Origin: Tubiluchus corallicola
Lineage: Eukaryota; Animalia; Priapulida
Length of the DNA: 64,000 bases
Assembly (NCBI GenBank): GCA_030141605.1
Contig: JAQGDQ010000590.1
Location: 62,001-126,000, forward strand
Reading direction: 5' to 3'
Part shown: positions 15,101-28,000 of the stretch, piece after piece
How the letters are laid out: every line of letters starts with the position of its first letter
How positions within the stretch are numbered: the stretch's first letter is position 1
Translations under genes and position numbers: made by a program
The notes under the pieces: model-generated
The model's input: only the letters and a program-made list of their open reading frames with translations
The model's database searches: none
Told to the model about the DNA's origin: nothing

Positions 15101-18100
15101 TCGTACGGTTGCTAAGTGTTTTGTAGAGACACGGCAAATAAGAATGGCCGACTTTAATAGACATTTTCTCAAGATTATGTTTTTTAGTGCATAACCTGCA
15201 CCTCAACGTGGATTGACTCAGCTTAGAAATATCATAGAGTGATGAAGATACATATCATCACAGTTTGTGGATCTTATAAAGTTCGATTTTTGCATCATTT
15301 TTTTTTCTAGTTTGGTCCGGAAGCTGAATACGAAGAGAGCTCAACTGGCCGCCCAACGACAGAACCGCCATGGTAAACGCCAAACTTTATCTAGTCAAGA
15401 ATTACTGAAAATGGATAAATCATACGTGAGTTCTAAATTTACGCTTATATATACTTTACCTTGAATTATAAATTTGTTATTGAAATGATTAAAGGAAAAT
15501 TGAATGCAATATTAAACTATAACTGAACATAATCTGTTCTGTAAAAAATTGAAAGAGAACAGGCTGTTTTTCAAGAACAGCTTACGTGAAAGAATTATTA
15601 CGGCGGAAATCTCTTTTTGTATTCTCACGTTTAGTTCTTCGCTGATACGTACATTTTGACGCTCATTTAAACAGACAGGCACTAATGCCTGCATCTCGGG
15701 AATGTGTTGATCGAAAACAGATGCTCTACCTCTTAGTTCAGAGCTGTTCATTTGTGATGTAATACATGAGTTTGACAGCTGATGCATGAGCACAGCGAAA
15801 TTTCCATTTTTATCTTGAGGTTTGCAGAGTTTTTGTGAATCACACTGAATATCTTACAGTAGCACTGTACTTCAATTTTCGTTTTCGCAAACTCGTGCAA
15901 CACGCTCACGGAATATTTTTGCTATTGAAAATTATGTTAGTTTGCGATGTCATCAATAGCTGCGCTCGCCCGCCGTGATTTAATAATCTATTATTTGATG
16001 ATCAAAAACACTTTTGCAGTATTAATGGTGTTAAAATATATACTTTCATCATACTTGAAAATGGTGCAGTATATGAAAAATCATCCTGTCTTCCTTTAAT
16101 GTACAAAGCTGTTCAATTCCTTTAATTTTATTTTCAAACACTTAGCTATTTGTTACTGTATCAATTTCTTTACTGGTCTGCCTATTCATTACCTATTTAC
16201 CTTTGTAAATACATAATTAGTTCATAATTTACTGTATCAATTTCTTTACTGATATGCTTACTCATTTCCTATTTGGCTTTTGTAAATACATAATTAGTGC
16301 AAAATTTGCTCTATCAATTTTTTCTCTACAGGTCTGCTTATCCATTATCTTTTTGGCTTTTTGTAAATACATAATTAGTACATAATAGGCTGTGCCTATA
16401 TAAACTGGTTGTATGTTTGTAAATTTACCTCTGATGATGATGACAGCAGTAGTCTCTCAAAACGTTTGGCATGATTTTAACTTTAGCTTTTTAATGTAAA
16501 AGTTTTTATAAAGTTGTGTAGTTTTTAACGATAAATAACCTGTGTGCTGTACAGTTGTACCTATGTGTCCATTGCAGGGTGAAATTGAGATGCAGGAACG
16601 GACACTTCAGCTTGAGTATGAACAAGCCTTAGCCGAACTGAGACGTAAAATGGCCACGGAGACGGATATATTGCTGAGGCAGCAAGACCAGCAACTGGCG
16701 GCTGTCATAGGCCGACAGCAGGTACGCGCTGCACTGTTATTTCAACAGCAACATGTTGCTCAATATGTTGCAGTTCTTATTATGAGTCATTTTATAATAG
16801 CAATAGCAACACGTTGCTCAATACATTGCAACTCATATTATGAGTCATTTTACAATAAAATGGCAACATGTTGATCTATATGTTGCAACTGATATTGTGA
16901 GCCATTTTATAATAACAGCAGCAACATGTCACTCAATATGTTGCAGCTCATATTATGAGTCATTTTATAATAACAACTGCAACATGTTGTACAACTGCAA
17001 CGTTGTACGAAGCAAGTGTGCAACACGGTCCATGTTGCGACAGCTTGTACGTTGCTTTTATCAATTTGTTGCTAAACTGCCTTCTACTGAAACATGTTGC
17101 TTCTGTTAATAGGTCAGTTTAAATAAGCTGTTGGATGAGCAGCGAATGAAACAGTGGCGACTCATAGTTAAAATTACTGGGGCTGCTGCTTCAGAAAATT
17201 TTTATCCATTGTTTTAATACTATGTAAAACAATTCAAACATATGTAATTTCAATGTTGTAATTCGTAATTGTAATTTTAAGCTAACAAACGTAGGAAAAT
17301 TTATACACAAATTCGATGAAATCGTAAACAAAAATGTTTTTGCTTACGAGTAACTGAAATTGCCGCAGTTCAAGAATATACCGGTAAACATGTTTTAAGT
17401 GTGTGACAACTGACAACAAACTGTGTGAGCCACAGTACTTTGTCTACCTACCAGCAGACACTAGCAGTGCCGCATGTGCACAACAGCCAAACTCCACATT
17501 GCTGGAGTGCACTGTGCTGGGCTGTGAAGCAAACAGTGCTACACTCACGTGCTTTGATTCCATACATGTTTAAAGAAAGAACTAAAGAAAAAAGACTTAT
17601 TATTTGAGTGAAAATAGGGGGCGCTGCAGTTCCACAGTACCTATACACGAGCCGCCAATGTTGCCACATTTTCCTTACTCAACTGCACTTTGTTGCAAGA
17701 ATCGTACGTTCCGCACGTACGGGCTCACAGTGGTACAAAACAACGTTGTCATTTATAACTAATTTTTCTGTTTTAGGTAGGAAGAGCCAGAAGAAATGCA
17801 GCCATACAGAGACAAGATAAAACAATACAGCAGTTAGAGGTTAGTATATTCATCGATTCATTTCATTGCCGCTGTACCACTGATTTAGTGGAAATATTCA
17901 GCTTTATACCTCATTCATTTGTCTAAAGTGCTCTAGATTTTGTTAATTTGATAATAGATGGCAGAGCCTGCCACATTAAAATGCTGTTTTGTGATATGTG
18001 TATGCTGGCAAATTAAAACCGTCTGGAAGTCGGCATAGTAACAACACCATTATCAAGCGTCAAAGTACAATGAGTCAAATTTTATCATTGTACGATATCA

Positions 18101-20816
18101 ATTTTATGTTTTTGATAAAAGAAAGGCTAAATATGTTAGTTTTATATTCTAGCATCGAAACGCTTGCAAAAGGTTCTAAAATTACTAAAAATTAAATTTT
18201 TATTATCCCTTCCTCACGTCTCTATCTAAAAATTAGTATTGAAAACTCAAAGTGTTTTCAAACTTTCATAGTACCTCAAGGAAGCCGCCGTTTCTCTTGC
18301 GATTTTTTCCATCATCAAGTCCAAGTCCTCATCTAGAGCAGCCATCTACTGGATTTAATTGCAACTACAACAGCAGCCATAGCAACCACTATTCCATACA
18401 GTTGCTATGGTGGTTCTTTAGAAACGTGATAAAAACAATGGCAAACTTTGACAGAGATTTTCCCAAGATTGTTTTTCGCTACAATTGAGAAAAACTTGTA
18501 TTTTGAAACTCCGGTTGTAACTCCTGGAAGCAGTCATTCTGCTCCCGGTTTTTTCTGTTGCCAAGCACAGATTTTCATCAGGAGAGACATCTACTGGATT
18601 TAAAGATAACTTCAATGTGTTTTTTTAAGTCTGTAGCAACCAACATTTGTGCAGTTGCTAAGTGTTTTGTAGAAACGCGACAAAAAACAATGACTGACTT
18701 TAACAGTGATTTTCTCAAGGTTATGTTTTTCAGTGCGTAGCCTGCACCTCAACTTCAACGTGGATTATCTCAGCTTAGAAATAACTCAGAGCAATGAACT
18801 TGGTATCAAAATAATCCTCATGAGATAGAGGTTCAGAGATTCAAAGTTTAGAGATTCAGAGTATGTGAATGACTAGAAAAGTTTAGATTCAGCATAAGTG
18901 AATAACTAGGAAAGCTTAAATTCAGGATACGTGAATGACTAGGAAAGCGTAACTGCCGACACCTGGATGGTTTTGGTATGCAATCACACATATCTACTAC
19001 GTAGATCATTTTTTTGTATTCAGGCTCAGATTGCAGACAGAGTTGTACAAGCGGACAGCAATGCCTACACAACCGAACAGATACTACATCAGCACATGAA
19101 AGAGGTCAGTCAGTTGAATCAGCACCTCCAACAGAATCGCCAGCATCAGATGAACGTTCTACAAGAAAAAATCGAGGCCAAGAAGCTGTTGAAAGAAAGG
19201 TATTGAAAATTCCCCGGTTTTCGCGAAACACGACATAATCCTTTACACCACATCTCGGTTTGCCGGACCTCGCTTTTACGGATATGGGAAGAATTGGACA
19301 AAATCTGGACCATTCAAAAGTCCTGCATAATACGGACACGGGTTGTTGTTCCGCGAGCTGATCGTTACTTGGCGGGCCGTCTTTTTATTTACATCATTAC
19401 ATCAGTGTAACAGCACGTGTATATCTCTATGTATAAAAATATAGAATCATTCATGCGGAGTTATTTGAGTCAATTGCTGATATTTTTTACTTACTTTTGC
19501 ATAGGAGCTCATACTTAGACGTTTTTGAGACAATTAGGTAATTGATTCTACATTACCATGAGTCTAAACAGGGTGCCTACTGTATTAGTTTAGTATCGGT
19601 AAATACGGACAATCAGCTTTTACGGACCGACGTCTCCGCCGCTTTTGTCCGGGAAACCGAGATGTGAGCGTACTTAGATAAAGCTCGAAAAATTCATTTT
19701 GAAATTTAATATTACCTACATGTTGTCTTATTGCACACAGAGCTTGTATCAGCAGTAATGCTGTAAGAAACTTGTAAACGAACTCGCGCGATGACTGTTA
19801 TACATAGCCATTATAATGTCAAGTTGTTTGAAACAAGTTTAGATAACATTGTAAAAAGATATTCGGAGCTTTTGTGACTTACACTTCACTAACTAAGCAA
19901 AAGTAAAAATTACTTTATCTTATCACTACATTTAAAAATATGTTTTTTGGTGAATCAGAAGTGCACACTGGGAAGGTAAGTCAGTGTCATTTTGCCAGTT
20001 GCCCATTTTAAATATCATTTCTAGTTACACATAAGTCTTTCAAGCAGGTAAGCGCAATGCAAAGTAATATAACCTTGCCTGGAAAGTTTTTTTTTTGGAA
20101 GCATCCTGTAAAAGTGCCTTTTCTTTCCATTTTAAGTAAAAAAAATGAGTTGTAGTCTGTGCTTTTCACAATTTGATGGTTGCAAGTCACTCACACTGTA
20201 TTGTTAGGGCTTTTTCACACTGCAACACCAAGACCCTGCTCACATTACAACTGCCATGGCTTATTCACGCTAAGAGAGTCATAATCTGTTCACACCAAGC
20301 AGTTACACGTCCATACGTAACATTTGAAACTTTTTTACAAAGTGACAGTGAAATGTTTGATAACAGGATTCACATTTGAAACTACAATCTTTTCACACTA
20401 GACAGTTTATATGTGTGTGTGTGTGTGTGTGGGCGCGTGTGCGTCTGCGTGCGTGCGTGTGTGTGCTCGCGCGGGCATGCGTGTGTGTGCACGCGTGGGC
20501 GTGCATGCATGTGTGTGCGCTCGCGCGGGCATGCGTGTGTGTATCTCTTTGACACTGGAGACAATTACAACCATTAGAACATGTTAAAACTTACAGCCTA
20601 TTTTGCGTGAACTTTTAAAGCCACAGCAAGGCTGTACCCCGTTTATTTGTATATATGGCTGTTATTATTAACAGTAACTTGTTTTGGCAGGAATGCAGAA
20701 TCTGTCCACAATGTACCAGTCCATGAAACTAAACACAGAGGGTAAGTACCTTTAAGCAATAACACATTTCTGTAAAGCAATACAAACATCATCTACTATA
20801 TATTAATTTATATGTA

Positions 20817-20901
<85 letters not shown>

Positions 20902-22001
20902 ATGCATGTATGAATGTATGTATGTATGTATGCATGTGTGTGTGCATGTATGTATGTATGCATGCGTGTGTGTGTGCATGTATGTATGTATGTATGTATG
21001 CATGTATGTATGTATGTTACTTTTTTTGTTAAGCTGCTGCTGGCTGTTGTAATGTAGTGGCATAATATTAACCTATTACATACATTTAGATTTGAGAAGA
21101 ATGTCTGTGCATTATTGATCATTGGTGGATGGGCCTAACAGCATTTGTCGTAGCACACAGTTTAAGTCTTTCATGGTTTAGCTGGGCTGCTGCGTTGTCG
21201 ATGTTAGTGTTGGAGATGCTATTGTCATCATCCTCGTCGTCATCATCATCATCATCATCATCATCCTCACCCAGATTGACGTCGTTGTCGTCATCAGCAC
21301 CATCATCAGTATCATCATCACTGTCCTTATGTGATGTGTTGTGTTTAGATTAATGTAATAAGGCATAGTTAATGTGATGGATGTGGTGTGGTTTGATAGG
21401 TATTGCATCATATTGCGGTATTGGTATGGGTGTGGCATAATGTGGATGTGGGTGTTGGGGTGGGTAGTGCAGTGGGGCGGTATGGTGTAGGTGATGTGTT
21501 GCAGAACGGTGTGTGGTGGGTGGTGTTGGTGTAGTGTGGTGGGTGTGGTGTGGTGTGTTACAGGTGTGATAGAAATATAGTAAAATATTTTTACTACCTT
21601 CTTAGGTGTAACTTTCTCAGTTATTAGACTTTCTTTTCCCAGATTCTGTTGATGAAAATAACCCAAATGTAACAATTAAGTTATAATAATAATATTTCTC
21701 TGTTGCCCATATTTAATAATTATTTTCAAATGTTTTCAATTATACAGAATTTTTTTTAGCTTGAATTAAATAACTTTCAAATAATTTTACTTTTGTTTTC
21801 CTCATAACCCATTAAAATCCTCACTTGATGTTTCTAACTCATGTCTCTATTTTTATATAGAAAAAATTATATTGATCTATATGTGGAGGCACGTATAAAT
21901 TTATGTATGTAGAATTACATATATTTATATATATATATATATGATATGATATATATTATATTATACTATACTACACTACACTATACGATACTATACTATA
22001 T

Positions 22002-22039
<38 letters not shown>

Positions 22040-25000
22040 TTATTTATTTATTAAGAATGTCTCATATTTCTAATTTTCTAATCTGCCAACCCTCTAATAA
22101 GGGCTGTTGCAATTTGGACTTACATACTATTACAATTGCAATTGTAATGGGGTATATGCTTGTGCTCAAATTAAGGCATTTTTTATGGCCAATTCTTGCC
22201 TGCCTTGTCAAACCTGCTCCCGCACTCCTATACAATACAGTTGTGAGGATGTTTACATAGTAAGCGTGTAATATCCTAGCTAGCAGCTAGCAAGCAGCAC
22301 TTTACTGCTCGGCTGCTGTGACCTTGAGTCGTGCGCCATTATCCTGCTTTACAGCATGGCGTGTGCGCGTGAACATGTTTCCTAGTCAACTGCTGACTTA
22401 TACGTACAAAAAGCAATTTTTTAAAGCGTTCTAAAGCACAAATTGTTCAGTTGAAAATATACTAGTGTTTGCGGCCACCATGTTGCAGCCGCCGTCAGCT
22501 CAATTTGCTCAGATGTCTTTTGGTCCTGTGGTGAAAGTAGAATTGCGCGTGCAGTGTACGAACCTTCTCAGCAAGGACGTGTCCAGCAAAAGTGATCCAA
22601 TGTTAGTGCTGGAAACGAAGGATGACCAACAGAAATGGTTTGAACTCGGCAGGACAGAAAACATGAAAAACGAGTTGAACCCGCAGTTTACGAAAACGTT
22701 CGAACTTGATTACTTCTTCGAGGAGGTGCAAAAATTGCGGTTCTCTGTCTATGACGTTGACAACGAGACAGAGAGTTTACGCGATGACGACTTTCTTGGT
22801 CGTATGAAAACGACTTTAGGTGCCATTGTATCTAGAACACCGTATGAGGAACAATTGTTGAGTAAGAAAGGGAGTCCGATTGAGGACAGTAAGATTAAGG
22901 TGAGTGCAGAAGAAATACGAGGTCCAAACGAATTCCTGCTCATGCAATGGAGAGGAAAGCAGCTGGATAAGAAAGACTTTCTCAACAAGAGCGATCCCTT
23001 CCTGGAATTTTTGAGGCTGTCCGCTTCCGGAAACTACGAGGTGGTCCATCGCACGGAGGTGATTCGGAATACGCTCAATCCTAATTGGACGCCGGCAAAG
23101 ATTTCTCTGAGAGCATTAGCAACGGGCGACAACGACTCAGAGATTCTGGTGCGATGTTTTGACGAAGATGATGACGGAAGTCACGACCTGATTGGTCAGT
23201 TTACCACGTCGCCGAGTGAACTTCGTGATGTTGCAGCCAATAACGCATCAAAAGAGTTTCAATGCATCAATCCGAAGAAGCAGGAGAAAAAGAAATACAA
23301 AAATTCCGGGATTATAGAACTTGTCTCCTGTAAGTTGGGAAGGGAACATACATTCCTGGATTACATATTTGGAGGACTACAACTCAACTTTACGGTCGGC
23401 TTTGATTTTACGGCATCAAACGGAAATCCGCTCGATCCCAATTCACTCCACTATATAAATCCACATCAACCAAATGAATACATGCTGGCCACCATGGCAG
23501 TGGGCAATGTGGTGCAAGATTATGACGCGGATAAAATGTTTCCGGTTCTTGGCTTCGGAGCCAGACTGCCTCCCAGTTGGCAACTCTCTCATGAGTTTGC
23601 GGTCAATTTTAATCCCACAAACCCGTTTTGCGCAGGCGTACAGGGCATCTTAGATGCGTACCGAAGCTGCGTAGCCCAAGTGCAGCTATACGGACCTACC
23701 AATGTGGCTCCTATTATTAACCACGTTGCTAATTTTGCATCTCAAGCATCAGTTCAAGGATATGCATCACATTATTACATCCTGTTACTACTAACAGATG
23801 GCGCTATAACTGATATGGTTGAAACTACGTGTGCCATTGTTAACGCTTCTCGTTTGCCGATGTCCATTATCATTGTGGGCGTGGGCCCTGCTGATTTTAC
23901 CGCCATGAATTTTTTGGATTCGGACGATGGGCTGCTGAGAACACCCTACGGACAGACGGCTCTGAGAGACATTGTCCAATTTGTTCCGTTCAGGAAGTTT
24001 GCTTCGACCAGCAAGGAGAGGATGGCAAAAGAGGTGCTTGCGGAGGTGCCGAGACAAGTTACTGATTACTTTACGAAACTCGGCATTCAACCGTTGAATC
24101 AGCACCCGCCACCTAGCTGATAAGTGAATAAGCAGCTGCTAACAAGTTTGTGTTAAAATTGCAGTATACATAATTGCATATTCTGTTTTGTTAAAGGAAA
24201 GAACAAGTCACTCAGTATGTTGGGTTTATTTTACTGTTATTATTTAAACTGTTTGTGGTGTGCTAAAGGAAAGAACAAGTCACTCAGTATGTTGGGTTCA
24301 TTTTACTTTTATCACTTAAACTGTTTGTGGTGTGCTAAAGGAAAAGACAAGTCACTCAGCATGTTGGGTTTATTTTACTGTTATCACTTAAACTGTTTGT
24401 GGTGTGCTAAAGGAAAGAACAAGTCACTCAGCATGTTGGGTTTATTTTACTGTTATCACTTCAACTGTTTGTGGTGTGCTAAAGGAAAGGACAAGTCACT
24501 TAGCTTGTTGGGTTTATTTTACTGTTATCACTTCAACTGTTTGTGGTGTGCGAAAGGAAAGAACAAGTCACTCAGTACATTGGGTTAATTTTATTGTTGC
24601 CACTTAAACTTTGAAAAATACAAAAAAGAAATATACAAGGCTCTGTCTAGAAAGCATAAATCTAAAATCTACCCGCTCTGAATGGAAATTTTCCGACCTG
24701 GTGGTTGCCGCCATTCGTTTGACAATCACGGCGTAACTTGGAGACTTCGTGACTTTTAGTAAGCTCATCGTGGCTTTCCATAAACACGTGCTGTTTAAAC
24801 TGATTCAAACTTCTGCAACTTACCTAATATTTGCACAAAAATGTTGCAAAATCAGTTTTTGTAAAAGCTTTACTATATTATACTTTTGACGAAGACTGAC
24901 AGTGCGCTACTTTTCTTCAAGACGTCATTGGTAGAAAAATGGGCATTCAAAATGGAAGCGCCCAAGCATGAAGTGATCGCGACTTTAAATTGATTTTACT

Positions 25001-28000
25001 AATTACACGAGGCGCTTATGCAGTTTTATCGTAAAATCTTTCTAATTTTTTTGCAAACTTAGAAATAATCCTAACTTTCCAGAAGGTTTGACTTTTCCTT
25101 TAACTAATTAGTACTTTCATCTTCGTTATCAAATCTGTACAGCTTTACTGATGTTTTATTGTTTCTTGCCCATTTATTATAAATTTGGACTTCAATAACA
25201 AAAACTGTAGTTGTCTGGAAATTATTAGATAGGCGTGTTAGAGATTTAAAGGAGACATGATGACTTTTCTTATACCACCTCATTTTCAAGTCCGATAAAA
25301 AGTATACATTTTAACACAATTAGTACTGCAAAAGCGTTTCTGATAATTAAGTAATAGATTAAAAACTTAATTAACAATGAGCAAGCCCAACTACTGATGA
25401 CATCACAAACTAACGTAATTTTCAACAACAGAAATATTCCATGAACGTGTTGCACGTGTTTATGAAAGAGAAAATTGAAGTACAGTGTTACTGTAAGATA
25501 CTCAGTGTGTTGTACGAAAACTAGGCAAGTTTTACGATAAAAATTCAAATTTAAAATTTACTGCTGTACTCGTGCATGAGCTGTTGACTGTGTGCAGTTT
25601 GTCACAAACTAACACAACTAAACTTAGAGGTACAGCACCTGTTTTTTGTTCAATGCGTTTCCGAGATGCAGACGCTAGTGCCCGTCTAACTAGCTAAAGG
25701 CGATATGCGGGTAACAGTCAAGAACTAGTGGCGCGAACGTGAAATTGTGTTTGCGTGGTAATAATTCTTTCCGGTAGGTCATTCTTGAAAAAACAGCATG
25801 TTTCCTTTAAATATTTAAAAGAGTAGATTGTTTTGACCTACAGTTTAACATTGGGTCTGGTTTTGCTTTAACATTGTACCAGTATTTACCATTTATATAC
25901 GAATTATATTAGATTTACATGGATTCTTGTTCTAATGTTATTATGTGGATTAGCAGCTAATTTCCTGCCTTACTAGGTGGAATAATCATATAGAGGTAAT
26001 CTCGAAACATGCGTGCCGTATATTTGAAACATATATTATACTGTCTATTTAAAATAAAATATTTAACAATACTTTATTTGAATTTAATTTAAAACGCTTA
26101 AGAAATTACTCACCATGTCGATAAGGAAAGTAAGAACAAAGCTCAAACTTTGTGTTGTTTGTGGTGTTGGTGTAGTGTGGTAGGCTTGAATGATGCATTG
26201 TGGGTGGTATGGTGGTTTTGATTTGGTGTGGATGGTGTGGTGTGGTGAATGTCCTATGGATGGTGTGGTGTAGTGGATGTGGTGAGTGCTGTGGATGGTG
26301 TGTTGTGGTGGATGTGCTGTGGACAGTTTGGTGTAGTGGATGTGGTGAGTGTGCTGTGGTGGATGTACTGTGGATGGTGTGGTGAGTGTGCTGTGGATGG
26401 TGTGGTGGTGCAATGTGGGTAGTATGGTGTCATGGTGCAATGTGGGTAGTATGGTGTCGTGGTGCAATGTGGTTAGTACGGTGTGGTGGTGCAATGTGAG
26501 TAGTACAGTATCGTGGTGCAATATGGGTAGTATGGTGTGGTGGTGCGATGTTGGTAGTACGGTATGGTGGTGCAATGTGAGTAATACGGTATCGTGATGC
26601 AATGTGAGTAGTGTGGTGCAATGCCTGGGCTCCCACTTTATTACATTTAAAAAATATTATGCATATTTTATATCATTCCTAACTGATACCTACAATTTGC
26701 ATACACTGGTCTACTTTGTAAAGTGTGTTTTAAATCAAGTTGAAACCATTACTCCTAGTGGAGGCGCCACCTACCAAGATGGCATCCAGTGGATCAATTG
26801 TACGATCAGTTCTCTGTCACGCTACCCTCGTTTTTCTGGACCCATGTTGGTACCATACTTATACTTATATAGCAGGTATCGACATGGTTTCCTTTAAACG
26901 CTCTCTGTACAGAAGCCATATGTCGTACAAAGACATGCCATACATCGTTGGATTCGAAATAAAACGTGGAATATGATGCGTTGTGTCAAAGTCATGTGGC
27001 GAGTTTTGTTTACCTACTATACTGCAACGAATAGAATGTCCGGTCGAAAGTTTGACACACTGCTCAATGAAATCTGTCGAAATGTGTCTTGATTTAGCGT
27101 AAACTGACAATATTCTAGTAAATTCTTGCCAGTCAATGTTTTGGACAATTTTTGTTCAGCTACATTTACATGATCAGAAAATTTTAAGCATGGTCTCGAG
27201 TTCTTCATTATTTACGATGCAGGTCGGATGTAGCGGATGTTGAGCATTCCGAGTCGGAATCCGATTCTCTCTCTCGACAGATGATGGAGGAACTGCATCG
27301 TGAGATGATGCTGGACATGCAAGGTCAGAAACAGCAACTGGACATGAACATGGAACAACAGTTGAAAGAAGCTTTAATGGTAAGTCCTGCCACAACAGCC
27401 GATGTACAACTGCGCATAATTAATTGCTTGATACAACAAACAATAAGCCTTTTCACAGTTCAAGGTTAAGTGTACCAGACAACACATTTGTGTACACTTG
27501 ACGACGACTCGCAGCCCATGCTGTTGTAATAGTAACAGTTTTAACAACTAGCTAGAACCTTACCTATTTCATTTTTTCTTGTTCGCAAGTAAGATCCTGC
27601 TAGTAAATCACTCTACACAAAGATTAATGCGTAATTAAGTAGACTCCATGTAAAACAACAGATGTTATTGATCTGATGCAGCAGACGGCCTTGCTCTACC
27701 CACATGTCATGTGGGTGACACGCATAATTAAGTAAAATCCATGTAAAACAACTGACATTACTAAACTGAAGTGACAGACGGCTTTGCTTTACACACATCT
27801 CCTGTCACGGTTGTAGTTAAGACACACTGCCGGGGTCCACTTAACCTTTGACCTACAGCAACTACACATGCTTGCGAAAAGAGTTATTTATATCTGGCAT
27901 AGGGAAATATTTTAAGAAAAGGAAAGGTTGCTACCTATGCAAATGCTATTACAGACAACGGATGACTGTAACTTTTACCACATTGCCATCAGTTTTACAG

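Noticed and set aside
22465-22479. GTG start given by the ORF track for copine
   Set aside because: Eukaryotic gene; the ATG at 22480 has an optimal gccacc context
24121-24200. Poly(A) tail or TSD marking the copine retroposition
   Set aside because: None visible, so the retrogene origin is inferred only from the lack of introns
26084-26636. His-rich ORFs (HHDTILPTL repeats)
   Set aside because: Reverse translation of a GTG-rich low-complexity intronic repeat
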